A DNA stretch of 64,000 nt from Bigelowiella natans CCMP2755. Its lineage: Eukaryota > Protista > Cercozoa. The DNA lies in the NCBI GenBank assembly GCA_000320545.1, contig ADNK01001326.1, forward strand, positions 68,392 to 132,391, read 5' to 3'. A program made the position numbers and the translations under genes. Shown piece by piece: positions 12,162-25,488 of this stretch; position 1 is the first letter of the stretch; every line of letters begins with the position of its first letter. Under the pieces are notes generated by a model that was given only the letters and a program-made list of their open reading frames with translations, was not told the DNA's origin and made no database searches.

Positions 12162-13958
12162 ATGTCAGGTATATTGATGATTTGAGCAAAAATGCTGAAT
12201 CGAGCACATTTGAATAGTTGCAAACTTGTGTCGTTGATATTCAACTAGACCCCCCCTCAAGATGGGAGCAGCTCTACAGTCGAGCTTTCTCAGGCAGCGT
12301 GGACTATGAGGAAAGTCTTGATCGAGAAGACGTATCCGGTCAGGATGGTAGCTTCGATGATGAGGAAGTCGATGCATTTCTTGAGGTCAGCTCAGAGACA
12401 ATTAATATTTTATCATGCGTGCTGCGGAAATCACTTAATCTCAGTTTATTCGTGTTTGGATAAAAAGAAAATTAATGCGGAATCTCGGAAGTCTAGAGCT
12501 GAAGATGGCAAAAATGCTCGCAGGTCCAAAGTCTCTAAGCTCTTCAAGAAAGACAAGACTAATTGCAAGACACGAAACATCGTTGCTAGAGATGGAAACA
12601 TTGATATCCTGGAAAATGTGTATACAATGGAGTCAGAACCTAGCCATCTGCGCCTCAAGAATCCGTTGACAAAGTCGTCTCCACACATTAAAAACGACTC
12701 CAAACAATTCTCGTTAAGTATGAGCAATGGAATGCTGAGAAGCATCGTGAAACGGCAACATAAGCACACCACTCATGGGGCTCGAATTAGCAGAAATGCA
12801 TCATTACAGCGCAGTAACCGCAGCAGCGTGGTTTCCGCAAACAGGAGTTTATCTCGGAAAATGGGATACGAAGCTGACAATCGCAAGAGCTTGCACAGAC
12901 ATGTCCCACCTGCTCGACAACTGCGAGAAAGAACATTTAGGAAGACTAAGAAACAGCAGGCAACAGAGAGGGGTAGCAAACGCAAGGTAAGGATATCGCC
13001 GCCACCACGGCGAGAGTCCAAATTAGATCGTCTGCGAAAGCGCACGGAAGCGTGGACAAAGGCTGAGATGGTAGCAATACAATTTCGTATCCTCGTCGTC
13101 AAGCGGAACAACCTCTCAAACATGCGCAAGCATTGCAAATTAAGGCAGCTACGACGAAGAGTTGCAGTCGAGGGGTTAAATAAGCTGCGGGCTTCACTCT
13201 GTTTAAAGAATGCGTGGTCAAGATGGAAGGAGAACAAAATTTTGGCAGCAACGTCACGAGCAAAGCGAGAACAGGAGCAAAAGGATGCGCTAGAGAGGGC
13301 AGTACAGGCAGAGGCAAAACAGAAGCAACTTGAAGAGAGGGAACGTGCGCTTGCCTTGAAAAGGGACAAGGAGCTCGAAAAACGATTCGGGGTGTTCAAC
13401 AGAGTGAAAAAGGCTGGCATGTTGAGGAAAATCTTCTTATGCTGGAGTAGGAACGCTGCCGCCAGACGAGAAGAGTCGAATTTTATGATGGTACGAAATC
13501 AACGACGAGCTCAAATGGACGCCTTAGTGTCAACTCTACTCAATCCTTCTCTCATTCCTCTGACGAGCAATCCATCTCCCCTAACAACACAAAAAAAACA
13601 GCAGCACGCAAACGATAGGATGAATATCACACCACCAGGAAATGATAAAAAAGAAGTAGGGAAGAAGAAGATGAAGAAGAAGAAAACATCAGGACGTCCA
13701 AGTAAACTTATCAATCTCGATAGTAAGGCTGTTGCTGATGGCGGTAGTGATAGCCTTGATACTAAAAGGAGGAGGGGGAGGAGGAGGGTTGACGAGCAGG
13801 CTCTTGATGATAATTCCCGAAAACAACATAAGATCCAACATAGTAAGCACGGAAGCCAAAAACAACATCCTAATTCTAGAAAAAGAGCACTTGGAAACAA
13901 GAAGAAAGAAGCTTCACTCTTAGCAGGAACTCAGCGGCAACAACAACAAATTCATCAT

Positions 13959-13989
<31 letters not shown>

Positions 13990-15014
13990 GCACGACTACT
14001 ACAACAACAACAACTACTAAAGTGTTCGATGATCGCGCAGTCGTTCCTACCAATCCTCCTTCCCTCTCCATGAAGAAATCACCGTCTGTGTTGATTACTG
14101 AAGCCACGATACTAGCAAAAATGCAAGAAAGGGCAGAGAAAAGACGGTTACGAAGAGAAGAACTCAAGTTACAGTACGACAAGAGAATGGCAGAGAAGCG
14201 AAGGAATGACGAAAGTGAGAAGCATCGAATCGAGGCAGAGAAACTGGCTAAGGCAAGGGCATTGCGGCGGCAGCGTTTGGATAAGGCAAATCGAGCAAAG
14301 AGGAGGAGGGAACGCGCGTTGCGGCTAAAGCAACTTGCGGAGCAGAAGTGGGCTCTCGCTGAGTTACACCATGTTCGTGCCAATATGATCTTCCGCGGAT
14401 GGCTACCCTGGAAGTGGCTTGTAGAAAGAAGTAACGCTACCCTTCGCAGAGCAGATAAGCATCATACCAATAAGCTTTGCAAAACTGTGATATCCAGGTG
14501 GAAAGAACGACTTGAGTCCTCTCGTCAGCACAAGAATCATATAGCTAACAGACACCGCCTGCATACGTTGTTTTCTGCGTTCAGGAAATTTGCCCTTAAA
14601 CAGAGTCATGCCCGATCACTCGCATGGCAGCATTACTGCAAAAGCTTGCTTCACTTAAGTATGGTTGTCTGGAAAAGGGCTTTCAAACACAAAAAGGATG
14701 TCAAAGATGCTGAAACCTCCCGGTTGGAGCAACGTGCTGACTCCTTTTACAACAGTCATCTCCTCCATCGTGCAATTCAAATGTGGACAAATGTACGAGA
14801 CCAACAGAAACTAGAGAAGGAGCAGAATCAGAGGTATACTGAGCTTAAGTTAAAAGTTAATGGCTGGCTCTCCGAGCTGCAAAGCGCAAAGGACGGGAAG
14901 TCGACTGAAAATAGTGAGTCTCGTCTCTTGTTAAATTTAGATCAAGCAATAGACATAGGAGAATCTTGTGACCTTGATAGCAATCTAATGGTGGATCCTT
15001 TTTTCCCTAGTTGA
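12162..15014 (+). CDS. CCDC191 (KIAA1407)-like coiled-coil protein with Trp-spaced Sfi1-like helical repeats; start approximate
   Basis: 902-codon open frame 12306-15014. The C-terminal MQERAEKRRLRREE...AELHHVRANMIFRGWLPWKWLVERS...ADKHH resembles, from memory, the CCDC191 pattern (..EHY.R.LL...GL.PWK.L......AE.HY). Likely upstream exon ~12218-12385 with donor GAG|GTCAG. Confidence 0.6.
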
Positions 15015-15048
15015 TTTTTCTAGCTTGTGCTGTGTTCAAAGCAATTTA

Positions 15049-15814
15049 TGAGACGGGTGTAATGAAATGATTATATTTTTTAAAATTGTCATCCTAATGT
15101 AGCCATGCTAGCATGCAAAGCGGCGGCTGCAGCGCTAATATTGTATTTGTTTTTTACGTTTCGGCGATTATATTGTGCATATCTGTTTTTGAGTGTGTCA
15201 TTTGTAGCGCGCGCATTGTAGCATGCATGATTTGATGGTATGAGTAAATGTAATTTCAAAACTACTATCTTTGGATTTAATTACATGCTCACACGATTTC
15301 ATGGAACAGTGATGTGCTCTAGTGCTGCGGTAGTGCCGTGCCTCTCATATCTAGACACATGTATTGTGTCTGTTGTCTGTTGATGCTAGACTACTAGAAT
15401 GTGCATGCATGCAAATGTGCGTTCTGTGTGTCTAGACGTCTGCTAGACACACGCTATTATCTATCTGCCACACACACAGCTAGCTAGCTAGACAGCCAGG
15501 TCCTGGACTAGCTAGCATGACATGTGAAGCTCTACCACCACGTGCGCACATCTGACATGCACGTCAATCGCACGCACAGTCTCGCTTCCCTTCATCGTTG
15601 GCACTCTAGCTAGCACTGTAGTTAAGCTGGTGCTCTGCACAGTTACGTAGGCTAGTAGGGATGACAATTGAAGGTCATGCCAATGAACGAGACATGCTAG
15701 CGCATGGTGACATCATGCATGCTAGCATGTGTTACACATGTCAGGAGACACATTCGTAATAGACATAGTAACATCACACAATGCACACATAACATGTACA
15801 CACACACACACACA

Positions 15815-15859
<45 letters not shown>

Positions 15860-16035
15860 GTATATACATATTACGTTGTCTACACGCTACAATTATATTT
15901 ACACATACACATGTATGCATACATATACTTACATATGCACACAGATACAACATAGGCGCTGTAGCCGCTGCTTTGCACATAGCTGCATTAGGATGACTGT
16001 TGAAAAGATTTAATCAGATGGTTACATCCGTTTCA
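15049..16035. mobile_element. MITE-like non-autonomous DNA element, ~987 bp, with diverged ~95-bp TIRs and flanking TA
   Basis: Left TA|TGAGACGGGTGTAATGAAATGATT...GTCATCCTAATGTAGCC...GCGGCTGCAGCGCT. Right AGCGCTGTAGCCGC...GCATTAGGATGAC...GTTACATCCGTTTCA|TA. No ORF inside. Same TIR as 50749-51225. Confidence 0.8.
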
Positions 16036-16048
16036 TATGAATATGTAC

Positions 16049-16115
<67 letters not shown>

Positions 16116-16117
16116 GT

Positions 16118-16160
16118 ATGACAATTGAAAAGATTTAATCACTTCATTACATCTTTCTCA
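16118..16160. mobile_element. Extra partial right-hand TIR copy
   Basis: atgacaattgaaaagatttaatcacttcattacatctttctca repeats the terminus at ~15993-16035, separated from it by a (TA)n(GT)n tract. Confidence 0.7.
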
Positions 16161-16431
16161 TGTGTATGTGTGTGTTTGTGAATTATATGGAGTGCTACTG
16201 GTTTATCAATCTATGGTAAATTCACGTTACCAGTCTGCGTACACATTCGTGAAGAATGACTAATCTATGTACTGCACTTATCTCGCTACTAATTCTTGAA
16301 TGTTTTTTTCTTTTAACTTGACCCATTTATCCGAGACGATTCTGACTCCGAACACAGAACGAACAAGGACGTTTTGCTGACTCATCCTAAATTAAATTGG
16401 TGCTTATTTGTACTGAAAAAGAATGTAGTAT

Positions 16432-17946
16432 TTACGAATTTCGAGGTACCATGTATGCTGTTTTAATAATCCATCTTCTGTGATTGTCAACTGTGTCCAT
16501 TTTTGCAGCTGGTGATCCCAATATACCTTATTATTTTCATTGTCAAAGATTCTAACAGTGTGCTATTGCTTAGGCACCACGATGCTCTTCACCGTGATCT
16601 TCCTCCTCCTCATCATCATCATCAATATCATCATCATCATCATCAGTATCATCCCAAACTTGAGTGATATACCGCTGGGCAGCATTCATGGCCCCAGTAG
16701 TCCATTTCGAGTGGTACGGATATCAATTCGATAAGTTTATCATTGTCTAATATAAGGATGATCTTCACATCCAATTGAATCTTCCGTACATATCTCACTC
16801 CGTTTTCAGTTTTCGTGAATTTACTTTTCACATCACGGAGGAAGTAAGAGGAACGAGCCCCGAAGTGTGCGTAGTCGTGGAAGGAGTAAAAGCTGCTTCC
16901 GATATCATCATAATCATCTTTTTCACCATAACTTGCACTTTTAGACTCTTCTTTTGCTTCAACTAGCATGCTCTCCCCACCACTAGCTATGTTTCTATTG
17001 TTTCCATTTTCTAAGCCCATATCAGCTTTTGCGTGCATCGGTATGGATATGAGAATGGGAGCATGAGTAGAGGCATTGCACCGATCAACAAACAGCGACA
17101 AAGACATTGGAATTCCGTGCAAGTAGAACTGCTTTGATGTTACTTCGGCTTTGAGGTCCCAGCCCATCAAATGAGTGACTCTATTGGGAATCTCAGCATA
17201 GAATTTGTCGTACTCGTTCGGTATGAGATCGATGCAGTGGGCTACACATCGAGCTCTTTTTAGAATAGTATCACGGATCATCATCCGATCATTGGGATTG
17301 TCTTCGCTGCACTGAATCATGTGTGAATTTACTCCTTCGATTTGAATGACTCGACAGCCCCTATTAAAGAAATAGAGAGGGGGTATCATCGAAAGAGGGG
17401 GGAGTGTAAGAAGAAGTCAATGGAGGAGGAATAGAGCACCAGAGGAGGAGGGTGACAAATAGTCATATAGTACTATCATATTAATTGTTGGTATAACATT
17501 TACGCGAAGCAATGTGCAAGTTCGTTCCAGAAGGCCTCTGTAGCTCTAGAATTAGCTCCCAGGCACAGGTTTTTGAATCTAAAGCCAAATCTCATGGAAA
17601 GCACATCTCTCTTCACCCTCACATCTGATGCAAGGCGAAGAAATCGCTTCGAGACTAGGGGAACCATCCTTCCGATTTCTGCTAACGTCAAATATTTTGC
17701 ACATATGTGCAGCCATATATTGTCGGGTATCCTAGGCCTGGTGTCATTGATAAAGTCACTTCTTTCTACAGCGTGCCACCGCCTTCTAACACGACGGCGG
17801 CGTTTATGTGATCGAAAGCCTTCTCCCTCTGTCTCGCTTATGCCGTCGCCGTTCTTGCGACGACGACAACGACGACGAATGTCATGTGGAATTCTGGTTA
17901 CGCATTGGTGCTTCCAAAGTGTCGGGAGGGGGGATGGGAGCTCCAT
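16432..17946 (-). CDS. F-box protein with an unknown C-terminal domain; may extend upstream to ~18100
   Basis: F-box-like PRIPDNIWLHICAKYLTLAEIGRMVPLVSKRFLRLASD. In-phase joins HCFA|GCRVIQ and ECCPA|HTVRIF...WYLENS*. Confidence 0.75.
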
Positions 17947-18328
17947 TATTCTTCTCCCACGGAGGTATTTGAGTTTATTGTCGCTACCATTTGTTGACTA
18001 TCTACTGTCATCCAGTAAAAATGATCTTATGTAGTTGCTGTACGTACGATAACAGCAGCCTGACGCCTGACTACTTTTCCTCCTCCTCCTCTCATCATCA
18101 TAGTCATTGGCAGTAGATCAATACCGACGATGACGATGACGAGCTTGCTCCTGGGAATATCGATTGTTAGGAGTACAGGAGGAAGGAATAAGAAACACAA
18201 CACAGGGGGTTTCTAGGGCTACGTCTTGATGATAATCATGATAATCATGATGATGATGATGATGATGATGACCTTTTGGTGCACACAGCTAGACAGACCT
18301 ATCATCCATCATCACTTTCAATCATCCG

Positions 18329-18745
18329 TCATGCGAGCTCCTCCTGCTGAAATGAATCATAATGCAACTGTTGTCGACCAAATAACCAAGATTTCTTTTA
18401 AACGACACACTTCTAATCACATCGAAGAACGAAATACCCTACATTTTTATTGCCGTCAAAGATTTCGTGAAATAATTTTATTATCATGCGAGCGACGCTG
18501 AGCGTGCAGTACTTATTATATTTAAGATAGAAAGTGGCTCAGGTGTTGTCGTACCTAAGAAACAGTCTACACTGAAGTTGCAGAATGTAATTTTTCTGTT
18601 TCAGTTGTCGCAGGGGAATAATTACCTGCATTTCTGTTCGCGGGAAACAATACGTGTTGTACGGATGATGGTGATGGGGTGGGCAAAGCTCCTCAGTTGC
18701 GAACTTCCGAACCAGCTGCAAGTTGCAAGCTGCTGATGATGGCAT
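18329..18745 (-). CDS. Small spliced ORF (~76 aa), or the 5' exons of the F-box gene
   Basis: In-phase exons 18626-18745, 18555-18571, 18443-18497 and 18329-18367 with 54-75 nt GT-AG introns: MPSSAAC...RTEMQ|CRLFL|SVARMIIKLFHEIFDGNKN|LHYDSFQQEELA*. Confidence 0.35.
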
Positions 18746-18867
18746 CCTACTAGGATGATGGCCAGAACACGAATTTCGGTGGAACGTTAGACTTCTTCAT
18801 GATCCAAATAAGTTCTCCTTCTTACAAGTAAATCCTGTTAACTCCAGCACTTGCCTCGTTCTGTACT

Positions 18868-19190
18868 ATGATGGCAAAGCTAGGAAGCCAAGAGCTGCGA
18901 TGTCATTTCATGCGTAGGATTGCAGCGCTTCTGGGTATTATCATATTGGTGGCTCATAGTGGTCACAATAGAACACCAAATAGACCAACAGACAAACGAG
19001 ATCCCAGGCTGCGTTACCAGGGTTCCTTTGAGGCAGCAACATCGACAGGAGCGGGGGGAGAGAGAACACGAGCAAGGGGGGGCTGGAGGGTGTCTGCCTA
19101 TCCAAATAGAAGAATTTTAGAAGGCAATTCAGTAGAGACGGATAGGAGCACAGCTTCTATTGCGACAAACAGTAGAATCAACTACACACA

Positions 19191-19223
<33 letters not shown>

Positions 19224-19889
19224 AAGAGTGATGCTACAACACTTAAAGAAGAGCGGCCAGCATAGCAGTACCCGCGAAGATCCATCGTCCCCCTGTTCTT
19301 ATTTGTCTGGAGCAGCTTTAACTGAGAAAGCTATTCTGAAAATAGTGGAGGTTGACTCAGTGACTTCAAAGCCAAGACTGGTTTCTACCAAACAACTTGA
19401 GGAGAAGAGTAGTAGTAATCTCTTGAAAGATGATCTTCTTCCCATTCCCGTCATATTAAGTATTGGAAGAGGTGCTTCTGGCTTGAAGATGTTAGGCAGA
19501 ATCTACGGGGATAGCAGTCCTTCATCTTTGGATATGGAGATGAAGAAGCAACCTGATAATGATGATAGAGAGAGAGAGAAAGAGAAGACCACGCAAGGCG
19601 CGTTATATACGTGGAGAGTCCGGTACCACACGCATTTCACATGTATAGCCACTCAGAGTTTGCAAACTTATTATTCTATCACACATAGAGGCCACAATGG
19701 CGGATCATGTCTTATCCTTCACGCAGATCTGGACCAGATAAGGTGTAGTTGTTTGGGAATTACCACTACTACTCATAGTTCAAGAAGGAGCAGTTTTTAT
19801 CTAACCATACGATGCGATGTCATTCCTAGCTATCATATAGATTGTGATATTGTATTTAGTTTTTTTGAACTATTTTATGTCTAGATCAG

Positions 19890-19956
<67 letters not shown>

Positions 19957-21556
19957 TGTTCCCTTGATGTAAATCCCGCTTCCTCTTTTCTTTCTTCTTC
20001 TTCTTCTTCTTCTTCTTTGTTCCGGTGGCAGATCGAGTCCCTCGTTCCAAAATGTTCTGCGGGGGCTTGCATATGCTTCTAACCTGATTGTGTTCCACCA
20101 TGAGGCAAAGTCACATCGCGACAGAGATGAGGAGCCAAATTGCTTGCAGGATGATGATAATGATGGATTTGGCATAACTCTAGCCCTCAAAACGGTTACT
20201 TTTGCCTCGCAACCCACATGACAAAATATTTGCGTAGCACACGGGGATGTATGTGTGTATGTATGTATGTATGTATGTATGCATGTATGGATGGATAATG
20301 TCAAAAAACCACCCATAGAGCACAAACACTAAGTCGATCATCATCTTTTTTGGCGTCGTTGATGGTCTTTCTCTCTCTTCCTCCTCCTCCTGGTCTTAAC
20401 TACTAGTTGGTATCAATCTTCTCTACTCCTGCCGCTACTACTACAACTACCAAAACGACAATGATGGAGAGAATGCGACCTGGGCGATCAGAAGAAGAAG
20501 AAGAGTCCTTCAAGAAGCAGCAGCTTCCTCCCTTGCTTTGGGCTTTTGATGTACGAAAGCACCAACGAAGGTATAAAGTATGGTAGTAGTACAGGCTCGT
20601 TATGTGTTGGTTTTGCACAACAGAATTTCGTGGATTTTGGTGGTATTGCTTTTGATCTGTATGTGTTGTTTATGATGATGATTGTGATGATGATAATGAT
20701 AATTGATGGGGTTGATGGTTGCTCTAATATGAATTACATCAGCGACAACGAGTATGATGATCATGATGATTATTAGACGATGATGCTGTAATGATGATGA
20801 TAATGGTGCTGATGATCTGCCTGCTATCAAACACCAAACACACTAAACAGCAAACGTAAATTTGATGCATTGTTAATTTGGAGTAGAAACATGTAGTAGT
20901 ACCGTGGTCATTGTTGTTATCTTCTTTCTTTTCCATAATCCACAATAACCATTATCCAACAAGCTACGGCTGGCCTCTGCAAGATCCTGGGATGCTGCCA
21001 CTAGAACTAGAGCGGGTAAATATCTAGTAGTAATGGTAGTAGTAGTAGTAGTAGTAGTAGTAGTATTCATCTTTGATGAGTTATCAGTTAGCATCTTTGG
21101 CTGCTGCTGTTGCATTTGTTATTGGAATGTATAATAAATAATAGTAGTAATAAAAATGATAATGATGAAAATAATGCGGGGATAGGTAGTAGTATATGGT
21201 GGTGTTGTTAGAAATGATGATGCTATCATTCCTAAGACATTTTCATCGTTACCACCACCACCACCGACATGATCATTATTATCAAGATACTTCTTCCCAT
21301 ACAGTTATCATTGAAAACAACACAAACAATACCATCACCTCTAGTAGCAAATATAATGGAGGGAATAGCAAAAAGGAGCAGCTATAAACTTGTAGTTATT
21401 ACTATTATACATTCCATATCCTATTATTATTATTGTTATTATGATTCTTCACAATTATGTTCGTCGTACTTATGGTTTTTGCCCTCTCCTCCTCCTCCTC
21501 CTCCTCCTCCTCGTTCAGATACTGACCTCCCACATGACCTCATACTCAAAGCTTGG

Positions 21557-21589
<33 letters not shown>

Positions 21590-21938
21590 CGGCGATAGTA
21601 GTGAATATGAAGAAGATGAAGAAGAGGAGGAGGACAACGACCCGAGAGCACATATTACTAGCACTAATAAGTGGGAACAACTTCTAAGATGGAGGGAGGA
21701 AGGGAGGGGGAAGAAAAGGAATGAGAAGTACCACCAGCAGCAGCACCCATGCTCCTCCTCTTCTTCTTCTTCTTCCTCTTCTTCTTCTTCGCCTTTCCGG
21801 ATGTTCTGCAAGCTATTTCCCAGAAGGTGCTTATGATAGTGATGATGATGATGATGATATGACAGTTAAGCATGCATAGAGAGAGACTATATAAGCAAAT
21901 ACATACAATATACTTTCTTTATTACTATTTATTTCCTA

Positions 21939-21976
<38 letters not shown>

Positions 21977-21984
21977 GCGACATG

Positions 21985-22025
<41 letters not shown>

Positions 22026-22211
22026 TAATCTAATGGATGATGATGGTGATGATGATGATGGAGGAGGTGGAGGAGGAGAAAATGGGACCTGTAGTAGTAT
22101 TTGCCACCATTACTACTATCCATTAGCTTCTATCCTTCTATAGTAGTAGTACCTCTACTATCCATTACTTTCCATCCTTCATTATCAAACCATCATTCAA
22201 TAAACTTACTA

Positions 22212-22252
<41 letters not shown>

Positions 22253-22317
22253 AATAATAATAATAATAATAATAGGCAAAGCTTTGTATGGAGTACCAGC
22301 AGCAGCGACTGGGTGCC

Positions 22318-22350
<33 letters not shown>

Positions 22351-22650
22351 TTAAGTAGCAGCAGCAAGTGCACACAAGGAGGAGGCGGAGGAGGAGGAGG
22401 AGGAGGAGGAGGAGGAGGAGGAGGAGGAGGAGGAGGAGGGAAATTCAATAAAACCGCAATGACTACTATTGATAACAACTAAGATAGTAGTGTGTTTATA
22501 CCGAAGACCACCACCCATCTTATTTGCGTATCTTATGAGAATAACATTAAGTTACTGTCTGTCTGTCTGTCTGTGTGTGTGTGTGTGTGTGTACACATTG
22601 TGCTTATGATACGTTCCTCCAACAACCATGATGATGCAGTAATATATATA

Positions 22651-22689
<39 letters not shown>

Positions 22690-23228
22690 TGAATAATCTT
22701 GCATTTTGCTTGAGTCTTTTGAAGAGTCGTCCCTTTTTAATGATACTACCATCTTTAAACAACATACATCAACAAGTTCTCAGCCTTCCTTATTTGATCA
22801 GAATACAAGGAATAGGGAGGGGGGTATTGGTGCTGGTGTCGATGATGCGCTTGATCATGCATATCATAAGGTAGTAGTAGTAGTAGTAGTAGTAGAAGAA
22901 CAAGTTATAGCAGTAGAATATTCAAAAAGAAATGATGATTAAGTTGATAATGACTAATATTATTATCATTAGTATGATTAGACTACTTACAATAATAAAT
23001 ATTACTTACAAATTGTTGTTGTTGTGCGCTCAGAGCTTAATGGAGGAAGGACTCAGGATCATCAGAGCTTATGTCCCACCGCCACCATCATCATCATCAT
23101 CATCATCATCATTATCATTATCATTATCATCTCAATCACAAGGATTTTCTACATATTTTATCTTGGAGTACCTCAACTACCTCATTGCAGCAGCAGAGCA
23201 AAGGTGATGCTGATAGTGATAGTGATAG

Positions 23229-23263
<35 letters not shown>

Positions 23264-23292
23264 ATAATAGTGGGAATGGAACGAATTTACAG

Positions 23293-23334
<42 letters not shown>

Positions 23335-23933
23335 AACAATTAACCAACAACAACAACAAGGCATATATCTATGCGGTGTTTGATTTAGCTATGAGAACGA
23401 TGAGCCGGTATCATCATCATCACCATCATCATCGTTGATGTCTGGAAGAGCGTACACTCTGGCTGCTAGGAAGGAGGCCAAAAGGCTGGCACACCAAGCA
23501 CTTACGTACGACGTTGTTAGGAATGATGATGAATAATTATAGTAATAATACGACGACGATGACGATGATAATCACGACTAAAATGTGATAATGTTGTGGA
23601 AGGAGAGGGGGAGAGAGAGTACATTTGGAATTGTCCTGCTACACCAAAAACCATTGAATCTGTACCGGTAATGTCTCGTCGATGTTGGCAGCATTTACAA
23701 GAGGAGATTGGATCAATGTCAATCATCTTACGAGGAGAATGAAGGTCATATCGCAGAAATGATAATAGATGATGTGACGATGATAATGATGATGATTATT
23801 ATTATTTTTATTATTATTTTTATTATTATTACTACTGTTATTAAAGATAAAACTAGATACCGAACATTTGCTTGGATTATGAAAAACATTACATGATCAT
23901 ACATGCATTGAGTTGTTTCTCACCACTAATTTG

Positions 23934-23970
<37 letters not shown>

Positions 23971-24028
23971 GGTAATGATAACCCACTAGGAGGAGGAGTA
24001 AAATGGATGCAGGAAGACGACGACGTTG

Positions 24029-24065
<37 letters not shown>

Positions 24066-24857
24066 GGCTACAACTCGATATCTAAAGTTACACTTTGAAG
24101 CTATGAGAGCTGCTCTCTCTTCCTCCTCCCCAGCAGCTGCTAATGTGATGATGGGGGAGTACGACGACAGATACCATTTATCAGTGATGCTACTACTACA
24201 GAAGGGAACTCAGGCCCTCCTATCACAATTTGTACAACGCAACATGGACAATACGGTAACTAATGCTTTATTATTAATGATCACGATCGTCACGATGATG
24301 ATGATGATGATTGAGGAGGAAGAGGGACTAAACCAAACATTCTCATCACCGGGAGGGAGAGGAAAACAACAACAATAACAACAACAACGTGACAAGAACA
24401 CACACACACAATATTGATTAAACATGTATGTGTGTGTGAGAGAGAGAGAGAGAGAGGGGGGGGGGAGAGTAAGACAGTCATAGCACTACATATTAGTTCT
24501 ACTTCATTATCTCATCCTCTCCTCAATAAAATCTCTTCCTCTCTTCCTTCCTCTTATACAATGGCAATGTTTTTTCATCTGTTATCTATCATCGATTGTT
24601 AGAGAAATCATATTAGAGAAGCAGCAAGACATGCATATGAGCGTTGGAAAGGCTCCTTGGCTGCTATATCAGCAGCATCATCATCTTCATCATCATCATC
24701 AGTAGCAGCAGCAGCAGCAGCACGGCCAATAACAACACCTCCTTATCTTACCACAAATGAGCTCATACGAGTACGACTACATCATGATTGATCACATTGC
24801 CCATACCGCTGCTGACTACCAAGCATGAGTGTTGAAAGCATTGTCCGACATGTGTGC

Positions 24858-24902
<45 letters not shown>

Positions 24903-25456
24903 TGTGTGTGTGGATGCGTGTGTGTGGATGCGTGTGTGCCCGTTGAGTTGTGGACAACACCGATCAGCATTCTACCTTACTGCATCGTCCTTTCTTTCTT
25001 TCTTGTCGCCACCATTTATATCTGTACTTCTTTTTCTTCTTTCTTGTGATGATATGATTAATAATAATTATAACAGGGACTACACGCGTTTTGTGAGGAG
25101 TTGAAGGATGTTGATGCACGGGATAATGAGATGATGAAGACAACAACAACAGCAAAGGTGATGATAGTTATTATGGAGGAGATAGAAGCATGGAACATCA
25201 TAATATCTCACTACTTACAAGTAGTAGTAGTCTGTGCAGGAGGCGTTTGCGAGTCGTAGTACTAATAGTATATTATTATTAGTAGTAGTAGTAGTAGTGG
25301 TATTGCGGAATAAAGACGAATTGATTGGTATTGATACTATGTGGTTCTTCCTTTCATCTACCACTCATCATCATCATCATCATTATCTCTCTCCTTTTAT
25401 TCATACCGGCTGGTGCTGCTGCTTTTGTTTCACCTAGTGGCTGATTGCTGATTAGC

Positions 25457-25488
<32 letters not shown>

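Noticed and set aside
12446-14609. Several - strand ORFs (e.g. 215 aa at 12773-13420)
   Set aside because: Antisense shadows of the Lys/Arg/Glu-rich CCDC191-like frame
18329-18331. In-frame TGA as possible selenocysteine
   Set aside because: No redox motif context, further stops follow shortly, and no SECIS was recognised
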